Below are positions 25,401 to 36,800 of a stretch of 64,000 nt of DNA, piece after piece (positions within the stretch are counted from its first letter, which is position 1; every line of letters starts with the position of its first letter). Position numbers and translations under genes: made by a program. The notes under the pieces were generated by a model, which saw only the letters and a program-made list of their open reading frames with translations, searched no databases and was not told where the DNA came from. The stretch is from Anolis carolinensis (taxonomy: Eukaryota), in NCBI RefSeq assembly GCF_035594765.1, contig NC_085841.1:304243402-304307401 (forward strand). Reading direction: 5' to 3'.

Positions 25401-26324
25401 AGGAAATCTCGTTTGTGCCTTCTAAAATGGGGATCAAGAAATGACAAAAACAGCCTTAGGGGCCATATTCAGCTTGATTCTTATTGACAACAAGTAAGAT
25501 GGGTACAGAGTGCTGTATATATAGTGAAATTTATGTTGAACATGTACAGCCCAGTTAACCAGAAGCACTGGTGAAATACAGTGGGTTTTGAGGGGGGGAA
25601 AGATAATCAAAAATTCATCCATGTGCCTGTGGAAGTCATAACAGCACCTTCAGGACAGTTCAGTTTAATCAGACACACAATTTTAAATTCTACAGCTACT
25701 GCACTAGCTTCAAGAGCATAAGGAAAGCAACAGATTTCATATGCTTCAAAGTTTGCCAAGGACGTTATGCACTTTTGAGTATCACATTTTACACAGGCAA
25801 AGATCTCTTCATGAACTCACCAATCAGCTTTCCTTCCTAAACACACAGATTAGATTACCTCTACCTTTCCATCGACAGCTATGCATGGAAGGAGGGGAGA
25901 ATTGATCAAGTCTCAGGCTGTAGGGGCAAAAGTATACATGGATTCCTCAAAAAGTTATGAAAAACTAAATTCTAATACTGCCTCTGCTGGTTTTTAATTG
26001 TGAATGGAAGCATTTCTGAGCAAACTGTACCTCCTGGTGTAATACTTTCTTATATCTGGAAGAAAAAAACAGTATAGAATGGTGATCCCAACAGCACTTT
26101 CTGGAGTAAAAAGCAAACTGTTCTCTACAACTAAAATATCCTAACATTTCAGATTTGTGAGACAGTGGTAAAGAACAATTGCCAGGTAAGGCTTTCTCCA
26201 AATATGAATCTGGAGCATTTCTCAACAGCTTTGTTCATACACAGTATCAAAAATTGTCTGAGATATGCAAGCATAGAATCCTTATAAGCCATAAATGGGT
26301 TCTCCATATTCACAGGCTATAGAT

Positions 26325-26458
26325 CAGTGGTTCTCAACCTGTGGGGCTCCAGATGTTTTGGCCTTCAACTCCCAGAAATCCTAACAGCTGGGAACTGGCT
26401 GGGATTTCTGGGTGTTGGAGGCCAAAACACCCGGGGACCCACAGGTTGAGAACCACTG
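26325..26458. mobile_element. hAT MITE (CAGTGGTTCTCAACC TIR)
   Basis: Perfect 8-bp TSD ctatagat; same family as 13841-13975. Confidence 0.88.
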
Positions 26459-29316
26459 CTATAGATCGACAGACTGAACCAACTGTACATCAAAATTTCA
26501 ACCCCCCCCCCCAAAAAAACCCAAACATTTTAAAAAATTAAAAATTTCAAAAATAGCAGTGTAGGACATCTCATTTTTCCCATGCCCCAACCATCTGCCT
26601 CATGAGATGACCTCAGCAAAAGCTGTTCTGCAATGCTCTCCTGCTGAAGGCAAAGAAGTATCTTAGGCGAGGAACAATGGGAGGAAGAGAGGGAAAATGT
26701 TGCCCACATGGAAGGCTAGGGTGCATGCAAGGCAGCTGCGTCCATGGCACTGGTGGTGGAAAGGATTGGGAGTGGTGCTTGAGTTCCCTTTTCATTCTAG
26801 GGACCTGAGTATCCAAGATTTGTATTGCTGTAGTGTCCTGGGGCCTATTATTATTGTTATTATTATTTCTAGACCACACTCTCTATCCAGAGGGACTCAG
26901 GGTAGTTAATACACATATAAAACGGCAAACATTCAATGCCACAACTACATCACTAGATACAAGAATGTGAAGGGCAAACTGCATACTTTTAATAGCAAGA
27001 TTGTATCTAACTTTCTTTTGAATTTCATGACAAATGTCAAATGTAATGTTACTTTAATAATGCAGAATTACTTCTGCTTTTGAATATTCTGTTCTCATCT
27101 CTGCACAAGTATCAAATCCATTATTTAGAGCAAAATGTACTATGAATTTATTGTAACACGCACACACACACACACACAAAACCATAATAAAAGCCAGAAA
27201 ACAAATACGAGTTAAAAAGCAACAAAATACAAATGCAATGTTTATTTGAAAAAATAAACCCTGTTTTTTTTTCAAATAAACAATTTGATGGACAATTTGA
27301 AAATGCAGCTGCAATTTTAAATGCTACTTAACTAGCTTGACCTCCTTTTCCCACTCCTTTTGCTACTCTTCCACCTGTTCTTTCAAGTACTGCCAAAAAC
27401 ATCAGCCCCTCACTGCATTTCCCACCTTCTGATCATAATTTTTTAGGGGTGGTGGTGGACTGGATGGCCCTTGTGGTCTTTTACAACTCTATGATTCCGT
27501 GAAGGATCTTCTTTTGCTGGCTGGTTGAACTTTCCCCAATGACTGACCTCCTCTTTCTCCTACCAAATTTTAAATCCATTTCCCAACGATCAACCTCCTC
27601 ACCTCACTCCTTCCACTGCCAGATTTTAAGCCCTTTTTCTGCTGAAAAGGGGATTAAATTTTAACAGCAGGAGGAGAGATCTTTGGTGGTAGAAAGATGC
27701 AGAATGGAGTAAGAGGCTGGTGCTGCTGGCAGGACATGAAAGACCAGGTGGAGGGGAAGTAAGAGTGAAGGGAAACAGGTGGATTGCTGTGGAAAAGTGA
27801 TGGAAAGGGACTGCTGGACTAGGGCTCTTGTAGGAAAAAGTCGGTAGCACACATGTTGGGGTGGGGTTTATGATATTCATGGCTTTCCACTTGTGCTGGA
27901 GTCCTGGGCCCCTAACACACACAAATTTGGGGGGGGGGGGTGAGAGGACACTGTAAAATGGAGCAACAAACTAAACATTTGCTTCTATTTATGCAGGTTA
28001 CTGCATAAGGATTTCCAAAACTCACTATAATTCCAATACACCAAGTACTGCTGGTACTAGTCATGCCACTGATTTAGTGGTTGCTAGTAAAACATGCAAG
28101 CATTAGTGGAATGTTCTTCGTCTTCTTCTGCTAATATATTGGATATAAAGGCTCAGAAACTCTCAAAGCAAAACAAAATATGGAAAGACATGTAACACAC
28201 TCATTTTCTTATACATCAGTAGTGTATTTTGAACTTATGCTCAACATACACACATACATATGTTCTTCTTCAGTAAATAAAAGGTATTCACCCACTTATT
28301 TATATAAGCACAGAAGCAGACATATTTAGTCATATTATCTCATACCTTAATATAGCCACTAAGAAAATCCTTGTGGGGGGAGGGAGGTGAGAAACACAGA
28401 CATTTAATAATATTTCCTAGATGCACAACTAATGTAAAGCACAATCCTACATCTATTATTTACATCTGTAAAACACAGGAATAAAAATACTGTTTATGGC
28501 TGAATAGAGTATATGGATATTTTTCCAGTCAAACCAATTCAAACAAAAGTTCTGTCTTTATGTAATTTGGAACATAATAAGAAATTATGCACCATATTTT
28601 TCTGCTGGAAAATCGTATCTTTTCAATAAGTACATTTGGACACAATGACTAACTAGCTGCTCTAGAATGACTCAACATGCCACCTATGGTTTGATTATTC
28701 TAATGTCCCAATCAACATTATAGTCGTTGGAATATGTTTTTGAGGGGGGTGGGCACTACAGCAGAGAGCAAGGATTCTTTCCTTTCTGATTCATAGACAG
28801 AAAGTTGTATCAATGAATCGCACTAGATTCTGGACATTATCTCTAAAAACTAATTTTACTTCTGAAATTTGTGTTCAAAGACATTTGCAGTCATAACATG
28901 ATTTTAGACATGGCTATTACATTAGCATATGTAGGAACTGTATTCCAATCTTATCAGTAACATTGATTATGTAGCATTCTTCATAACTATCTTGGTGAGA
29001 TAATAACACCAAGGGGTTTTTGTGCAGTTATATGTACAATTTGTATTTACAATTTTCAATTTTAAGCTGAAGCTTCATCAAGACAACTGAAACTTACTCA
29101 TGATCAGTATATATAGCAGTTTAAGCTATGATACATAGGATTGCACTTCCCTTGAAAATTCAGTTTCACTTAATTCATCCTCTGCTTCCGTTTTGAATGC
29201 TCAGTTAACAGCCACGCCAAGGAGTGCCTTAGTCTGGTGTGTCATCTACTTGATGTATTAAAGTAAAGGAAACTTCCCATTCTCTATTAGTCTGAAAGTT
29301 TACTTTTCATTTATTA

Positions 29317-30491
29317 CTAGCTTGGGGACCCAGCGATGCCTGGGTCATTTGAGAATGGTATTATTTGTCTTTTAATGTTATGTATTGTGTTTGGAGTGGG
29401 TGAACTACAATTCCCAGAATCCTCCCCAAACCCTGCCAGTATGATAAGTTGGCCATTTTGGGCGTGTGTCCCAGGTGTGGTGCAGGACTGTCTGGATGGG
29501 GGTGAACTACTGCAACTTCCAGATTCCCGGGGCAATTGCCCCAAAATATCTATCAGTATCCACAGGAGGCAATATTGAGTCTGTGTGCCAAGTTTGGTCT
29601 AGATTCATCATTGGCTGGGTTCAGTGGTCTTTGGATGGAGGTGAACTACAACTCCCAAAATCAAGGGCCCTTCCCAGAAATACCTGCAGTATGTTCAGTA
29701 GGTCATGAGGCTTCTGTGTGTGAAGTGTGGTCCTAGTGCATTGTCGGTGGGGGTCAGTGTTTATCTGGCTGCAGATGAACTGTAACTCCCTTTTTCCCAA
29801 ACTTGTCCAATATGTTGTATTGGTTATGGGGCTTTGTGTGCCAAGTGTGATGCTCATTCATTGCAGGTGAACTATAAATCCCAGTACCTACTACTCCTCA
29901 ACTTCCAGTCCAGTTCCCCTCCAAACCCATCAGTAGTGAAATCTGGGCATATTGGGTCTGCATGGCAAGTTTGGCCGAGAGCCATCATTATTTGGGTTCA
30001 TAGCGTTCTGGGTGTAGGTGAACTACAACTCCTGTATATTCCCCAGTAGGAGTGACAGTGCTCTGACTTGATGCAGGGTGAACTACAACTCCCACCATGT
30101 GGAGTCAATCCCTAAACTCCTCCAGTAAGTTTAGTTGCAGCTCAGTTCAGCTGTGTTTGTTATGCAGAGATTCCACAGCAATGGAGAACTCTGGGATGCC
30201 TGCCTGTGGTGGAAGAAAAAGCAAAATCTAGAATGAAATGGTCCCCAAACGAAAGCATTCCTTGGGGGGTGGGCTGTAGTGTTTGGGAAGGACATTGGCA
30301 GGGGCTGGGCTGCATGTTCATGGTGCTCGCTGTAACTGCAATGTCAGTGGAAAAGAGTGACTTGCTAGATTCTTAACCCTGGGAAGTAGAGCCTGTTTGT
30401 GGAGGCCGGAGGCTGTCTGTGTGAGCAGACATCTGTGCCACATACACACATATGGGTTTTTGCTTTTATTATGGATTTAGATTTAGATAGA
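29317..30491 (-). mobile_element. Non-autonomous Helitron
   Basis: Minus strand A|TCTATC...CTAG|T; subterminal hairpin acccaggcatcgctgggt; no TSD; internal ~120-bp repeats with ggtgaactacaactccc. Confidence 0.8.
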
Positions 30492-31078
30492 TGGAGTAGG
30501 CAGAAATGTGCTTAAATGCACAGTTCTGGCTGAGAATTTATCATAATTAGGTTTGTTTCTCTTACTGCTTTCCCTCTCAGCTAGCCTCTTCCCCTTTTCT
30601 CTAGCTTTCCCATTTTTCTCCAACATGCCATTATCTCTACATCATAGTCAAAGTTAAGTTGAGGTGAAAGGAACATTCTACTTTCACCCCAACCCCTTTG
30701 TTTCTTAAAAGAAGATTCTCCAGCCCCTTCTATATCCACAGTATCATCCTACAAGATAGACAGACCATTCTATGGGTATTAGTTTTTTTCTGCCCAGCAA
30801 GCAACAGAATAAGCAACATATAGTATAAGGCACAGAGGCAAAGTGATAAGAAAAAAGCAAAAAAATAAAAAAAGAAGTTAGCTCTCCTCATTAGTTTTGG
30901 TGATATTGGATAGGACTGAAATATCAGCCCTGTATGTGGGACAGAAGGCTAGGAAAACTAACTTCAATACTCAATTTTTCTTTCATGTTCTGAGCAGAAT
31001 AAAAAGACAAAAAATATCAGTGAACTTATATAATTGGCATATGAATGGAAATACAGGGAAACACAGATACTTTTAGAA

Positions 31079-31602
31079 CTGGGTTGCTGTGAGTTTTCCA
31101 GGCTGTATGGCCATGTTCCGGAAGCTTCAATGCCTGGCTGCTTCTTGTCTGAGGGAATCTTTTGTTGGGGGGGGGGGGTGTTAACTGGCTCTGATTGTTT
31201 CTTGTCTGGAATTCCCCTGTCTTCTGGGTGTTGCTCTTTATTTACTGTCCTGATTTTAGAGTTTTTTTAATATTGGTAGCCAGATTTTGTTCATTTTCAT
31301 GGTTTCCTCCTTTAAGATGAAATTGTCCACATGCTTGTGGATTTTAATGGCTTCTCTGTGTAGTCTGACATGGTAGTTGTTAGAGTGGTCCAGCATTTCT
31401 GTGTTCTCAAATAATATGCTATGTCCAGAGTTCTTTCTCCAACCCTGAACGTTCCACAGATATATATATCCCACTTGCCTAGTTTCCAACAGACCTCACA
31501 ACCTCTAAGGATATCTGCCATAGAATGTTTCTGGATCATGGCCATACATCCTGGAAAACTCACAGCAACCAAGTGATTCCGGCCATGAAAACCTTTGACA
31601 AC
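31079..31602. mobile_element. Penelope-like element fragment with inversion
   Basis: TSD acttttagaa (31069-31078 and 31603-31612); GIY-YIG C-terminal-like peptide (HSILFENTEMLD..RLHREAIKIHKH..NF); inverted terminal repeats. Confidence 0.8.
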
Positions 31603-32502
31603 ACTTTTAGAAGTATCTGAGAAAGAAATGCTCAACACATCTGAACGCCCCAAGTATATTGCAGACAATATAAAATCATTCCTACACAAAGAGATTTTTC
31701 CAGCACGTTCTATCCACCCCTGAAGCAGTAAAGGGCAGGAGGAAGCAAACATGAAATATTTTCTCACAAAGAGTATCCTATCCTAAAGAATGAACAAATT
31801 CTGTATTAGTGTGGCTAAACTACATCATTACTGAGCAATCTAACAAATACTCATATGTAATCTTTATTTTTTAAAAATAAATTCCCCCTACTTCGACTTT
31901 GTGCGCCAACCCGTATCCCATTTCACTGTTTCACTGATTGAGCTCTGGCACCACAAGATGCAGAGCCCACGTTAAGAAATGGGGCTACAAAGTGGAGTCC
32001 ATGACATGAGAGTATGGAGAAGAGCAAACCACAGATCGCTTACTACAATGCAGTCTGAGCACTGCCACATGCACAATGGAGGACCTTCTTATAGCAACAC
32101 CAGAGGCACTCCAAGTGGCCAGCTGCTCGTCAAAGGACATTTAGTATAACTTTGTGTTTTTAAATACATTGCAACTGTACCCTCGGTTTGCATCTAACAC
32201 GATAAATAAAAAAAAAATCTGTCTCGCCTCTTATTTCACTGTGTTTCCTAACAAGCCGCTTCAAACATGACTTGTGGGGGCCAAGTTACCAGACGAGAGC
32301 GAGGGAAGGGGAGGGGAGAGACTTCTATTATAAATCAAGGAAGGCGTCTCTTCCAAGAGTCAGAAGCTCGCCATTTAAAAGCTATCACGTGCCCATCCTT
32401 CTAGGGACTGGGACTTCCCCCCTCCTTCCCTCTATGAAGGTCTATGAAAGGGCCCGGGATACACGCCACACGGGCTCCTCGCTGGTCAGGATCCCTTTAC
32501 AC

Positions 32503-32696
32503 CAGGCGTGAGCAAACCTGGGCCTCCAGGTGTTTTGGACTCTAACTTACACCATTTCTAACAGCCTCGGGCCCCTTCCTTTCCCCCGTCGGCCGTTTAA
32601 GCGGCTGAGGGGGAAAAGGAAGGGGCCTGAGGCTGTTAGAAATGGTGGGAGTTGGGAGTCCAAAACACCTGGAGGGCACAGGTTTGCCAATGCTTG
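32503..32696. mobile_element. hAT MITE (CAGGCATGGGCAA family)
   Basis: Palindromic; TSD ctttacac/ctttacaa; sisters at ~33922-34025, 47560-47731 and ~60228-60303. Confidence 0.82.
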
Positions 32697-33278
32697 CTTT
32701 ACAAGGAGGCCTGGTGGTCCGGAGTCAATTTACTCGGGTAGGGCTGCGCGGGAAGGCTATTGCGGGACAATCGCAGGCAGCCTCTGTAACGGGGAGGCTC
32801 CGCGCCGGGCCAAAAAGCGGCCTCTAGGAGACCAGCCCAGCCCCGCCCCTTCGCCCTGGGATGGCGGCGGCTCCTCAGTCGGTCCTGTGATTCCCCCCTC
32901 ACCCCGCCCGCCTCGCAGCTATTTCTGGAGAAACAGGCGAAGGGAAGCTTTACTCGCAGCTAACACTGCTAACTTGCTGGGACAGTGTGGCAAGACTTCC
33001 CCCATTTTCTCCTAATGGGCCCGCCCGTTTCCAAAGCCTTCGCGTTTGGACTGGACGGAACTAAAAGGACACGCGGGGGGGGGGGGGCGGGGGAAGAGAA
33101 AGGGTGATTATTATCCTGACTCCCTTTTCCTACCAAACTCCCCAGAAACATACACACATACGAACACACATACACCGGCAAGGGGAAAGGGAGGCCCAGT
33201 CCAAAAAAGAAGCATATTCCTCACAGGAGGGGTAAGGGAAGCCGCCCGGGAGGAGGCCGCCGGAGGGCGCAGACTCAC

Positions 33279-33390
33279 CGTCCCCTCCCTGCCCTTCCTG
33301 GGCTCCTCCGCCCTCGCCTGCCTCAGGGGATCCGCCCGCGCCCCGCTCGGCTCCCTCCGCCTCAGGACGGTGTCGCAAGATGGCGGCACT
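33279..33390 (-). other. CELF1: Probable non-coding first exon of CELF1
   Basis: Lies in the CpG island; donor ACG|gtgagt at 33279/33278. TSS is approximate. Confidence 0.6.
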
Positions 33391-33708
33391 TCCGGGAGAG
33401 ACCATTCCAAGGATGAGGGGGAGGGCGTGTAAACAGGAAGGAGGGGAAAAAAGGAGAGTCCGTTATGGGTGCGCGAGAGGGAAGGAGGCCGAGGAGAGCC
33501 CTCCCCCCAACAACGCACCAATGGGCGTACCCAGCTCTTCTTCTCAGAGGCCCGGTGGTTCGCCTTCCATCTCGGCGGAGGCTGAGGATGTTCTCGGCGG
33601 GGCTGCGATGAAGGCGGCTATGGGATGAGCTCGCCAGGCGGCCCTCCTCCTCCCCCGCTGCTTCCCATCTCGCTGCGACGATGGCGTGATGCCGCGGCCG
33701 AGCTGGGC

Positions 33709-33879
33709 ATGGTGCTCCGGAGCGTGTTGGGCCCCGGCGCGGCGCGGCTCCTCTTCTACCCGACGCTGCTGTACACGCTGGCGAGGGAGCGCGTGCCCGG
33801 CTCGCGGAGGCCCTGGTTCAGCCGCATCGACCACGCCGTCCTCCTCGGGGCCCTGCCGCTCAGGGGACGCTGCCGACAG
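33709..33879 (+). CDS. PTPMT1: PTPMT1 coding exon 1
   Basis: ggcATGG Kozak context; CAG|gtaaac donor; an in-frame upstream ATG exists at 33625. Confidence 0.88.
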
Positions 33880-36800
33880 GTAAACAAACCAGGCCGCGAA
33901 GAGGAGGCCGTTGTGTCTAGACCAGGCATGGGCAAACTTGGGCCCTCCAGGGTTTTGGACTTCAATTCCCAGCCATTCCTTACAGCCTCAGGCCCTTTCC
34001 TTTTCCCACTCAGCCGCTTAAGTTGTTGTCCTAGTGGACAACAAGTTAAAAATGAGCCAACAATATAATGCAGCAGCTAAACAAGCCAATGGGATGTTGG
34101 CCTGTATAAATAGGAGTCTGGTGTCTAGATCCAGGAAAGTCATGCTACCCCTCTATTCTGCCTTGGTCAGACCACACTGTGTCCAATTCTGGGTAGCGCA
34201 ATTGAAGGGAAACATTGACAAACTGGAATGTGTCCAGAGGAGGGCGACTCAAAGGATCAAGGGCCTGGAGAACAAGCCCTATGAGGAACGGTTTGAAGAG
34301 CTGGTCCTGTTTAGCCTGCAGGAGAGAAGGCTAAGAGGAGACATGATGGGGGCCATGTATAAAGATGTGAGGGGAAGTGATAGGGATTTAATGCAATTGA
34401 CACATCTTTCGAAACCATGGATCAAGGCTATGGGACCATGGGAATTGTAGTTTTACATGGTCTTTAGCCTTCTCTGCCAAAGAATGCTGGTACCTACCAA
34501 ACTGTAGATCCCGGGATTTGCCAGAGTAATTTGCAGCGTTGCAGTAGTTGGATGGAAGCAGTGGAACGCAGAACGAAGAGACTTTGTATATAGTTTTACT
34601 AAAGTCTCTGGGTGTCACTTCGTTCTGTGTTCCACTGATTCCATCCAACTACTGCTGCGCTGCAAATACTCTGACAGGATTCTGTGGCAGTTAAAGTAGT
34701 GTCAAATTACATTAATCCTACAGTGTAGATCCACCCGTGACCATGTATAAATATGTGAGGGAAGGCCTTAAACAGGCAAGAGTTTTTTCTCCCACCCTGG
34801 GCCTTCCACAGATATATAAACCCCACTTGCCTAGTTCCCAACAGACCTCATAACCTGTGAGGATGCCTGCCATAGATGTGGATGGAATGTCAGGAGAGAA
34901 TGCTTCTGGAACATTACCATAGAGCCCCGAAAACTCACAGCAACCCAGTGATTCCAGCCATGAAAGCCTTCGACAACACATTTATGTTTTATGTTTGCAA
35001 GTTACAAGAGTCCCTTCGAGGAGAGAGGGTGGGTTAAAAATCAACAATTATTATTATTTTCATTATATCATAGAATTGGAAGAGAACACATGGGCCATCT
35101 AGTCTGAGGCAGAATCAAAGCACCCCCGACAGATGGCCATCCAGCCTCTGTTTAAAAGCCTCCATAGGAGGAGCTTCCATTACACTCCGAGGCAGAGTTC
35201 CGCTGCTGAACAGCTTTTAGAGTCATGAACTTCTTCCTATTGTTCAGGTGGAATCTGCTTTCTGAATTAAGGTTTTTGCACGAAGTTCTGGATGAATGGA
35301 TTTAATTATATGTTTTAAGTTTTTATAATGCATTTTAAATAGTATTATTAATTTATATGTATTGTGCTGATTTTATAATTATGTTTTTGGGCATTAAATT
35401 TTGCCAATCTCTGTGAGTCGTCCTGAGTCCCCTCGGGTGAAAAGGGTGGGGTACAAATCATGTAAATAAATAAATAAATATCCTGTCATATGGACCCATT
35501 CTCCTTCAAGTATGGTTTCCAGCCATCTCTGCTGAAGGGTGCTGGGCCTTCGCCAGACTACAACTTCAGGGATTTCATAGAGCCATGGCAGGTAAACCAG
35601 TCCCGGAGGAAGGGGCACCTTTCCTAGTTGGGAGCGTTTCTGCAGTTCCCCGAACCCCTACCTCCTTGCTGCCTTATAGGAGTTACAGGCCAACAAAGTG
35701 AAAAGACCTGGGTTTTCACTTTTTGTTGATGGAATCCTGGGAGTTGTAGTTTTACAAAATCTTCAACCTTGGTTTCAACCTAACACCTTTGCTTATTCAG
35801 TTGAGTCTAACCACAGTTGAGTCTAACCATCTTCCTCTTTTCCTGTTGCCTCCCACATTACTGAGCATTACAATAATTTCCAATAAGTTATGCCTTCTCA
35901 GTATATCCAGTGTTTAGTAGTTTTAGCTTCTAGTGAGGGTTTGGGCTTGATTTACCCCAGGACCCATTCATTCATTTGGTCCATGGTATTTGCAGAACAT
36001 CCCTCCAACACTACTTTCCAAATTCCTTGATTGTCTTTACTGCCCCAGTGGCGCAGTGGGATAAACTGCTGAACTTGCTGACCAAAAAGTCAGTGGTTTA
36101 AATCCGGGGAGCGGGGTGAGCTCCCACTGTTAGCCCCTCTCTGCTGTAGCACTGCTTCTAAATGTCTTTCTAAATGCCTGGGTAGGGAGATGGTGGCGAT
36201 GGCCAGGAGCAGCTGGTCTCCAGATCTGGCATTGATGATTTCCCCCCTTTGTGGAATAAACCTTGCTTTATGTATCATATAAAACTTTTGGCCCCAAAGC
36301 CTGTCCTCCACTAATTCATTAGGTCAATTTACATGGTGATATATGGTGATTTTATACTGTAGATGGGCCTTTCCCTACCGTTTTATTTTCTTCTTATTAC
36401 TAAGGACTTTGACGTCACACTAAAAGATATACAGAAAAAATGAAAGAAAAAGGAAAGAAGTGTAAAAGTACAACAAGAAAGAAAATGACTTACAATAGTC
36501 TTTTCAGCAGTTTTACAGCAGATAGGGGATACTCAAGCTGTGTTGAGTTTCCCTTATCCAGTATGAATTCTTTGATGCCTCTTCAAGCTAATTCTCTGAA
36601 TAAAACACTGGAAGGAATTCTGGGAGAACTATTTTCACCAGAAAGATAGGATATAAGTAAGCACTTTGTTTTCCACAAGAACTTTGTTGGGGTAATCTGG
36701 TGACTTCTAGTGTGGGGATTTTGCTCTTGGAAATTAAATTACTCATCCAAGTTGATAGGATCGGTTGACCACTTGTGTTGTCCCTGCTGTTGGTTATTGC

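Larger units (their letters stand above)
33200..33900. promoter_or_regulatory. CpG island / bidirectional promoter CELF1-PTPMT1
   Basis: High GC and CpG content; YY1-type CAAGATGGCGGC (33376-33387) abutting ETS-type CACTTCCGG (33387-33395); CCAAT at 33518-33522; divergent genes on either side. Confidence 0.8.

Noticed and set aside
36042-36110. tRNA gene
   Set aside because: Has A/B-box-like motifs but no cloverleaf; it is a SINE head
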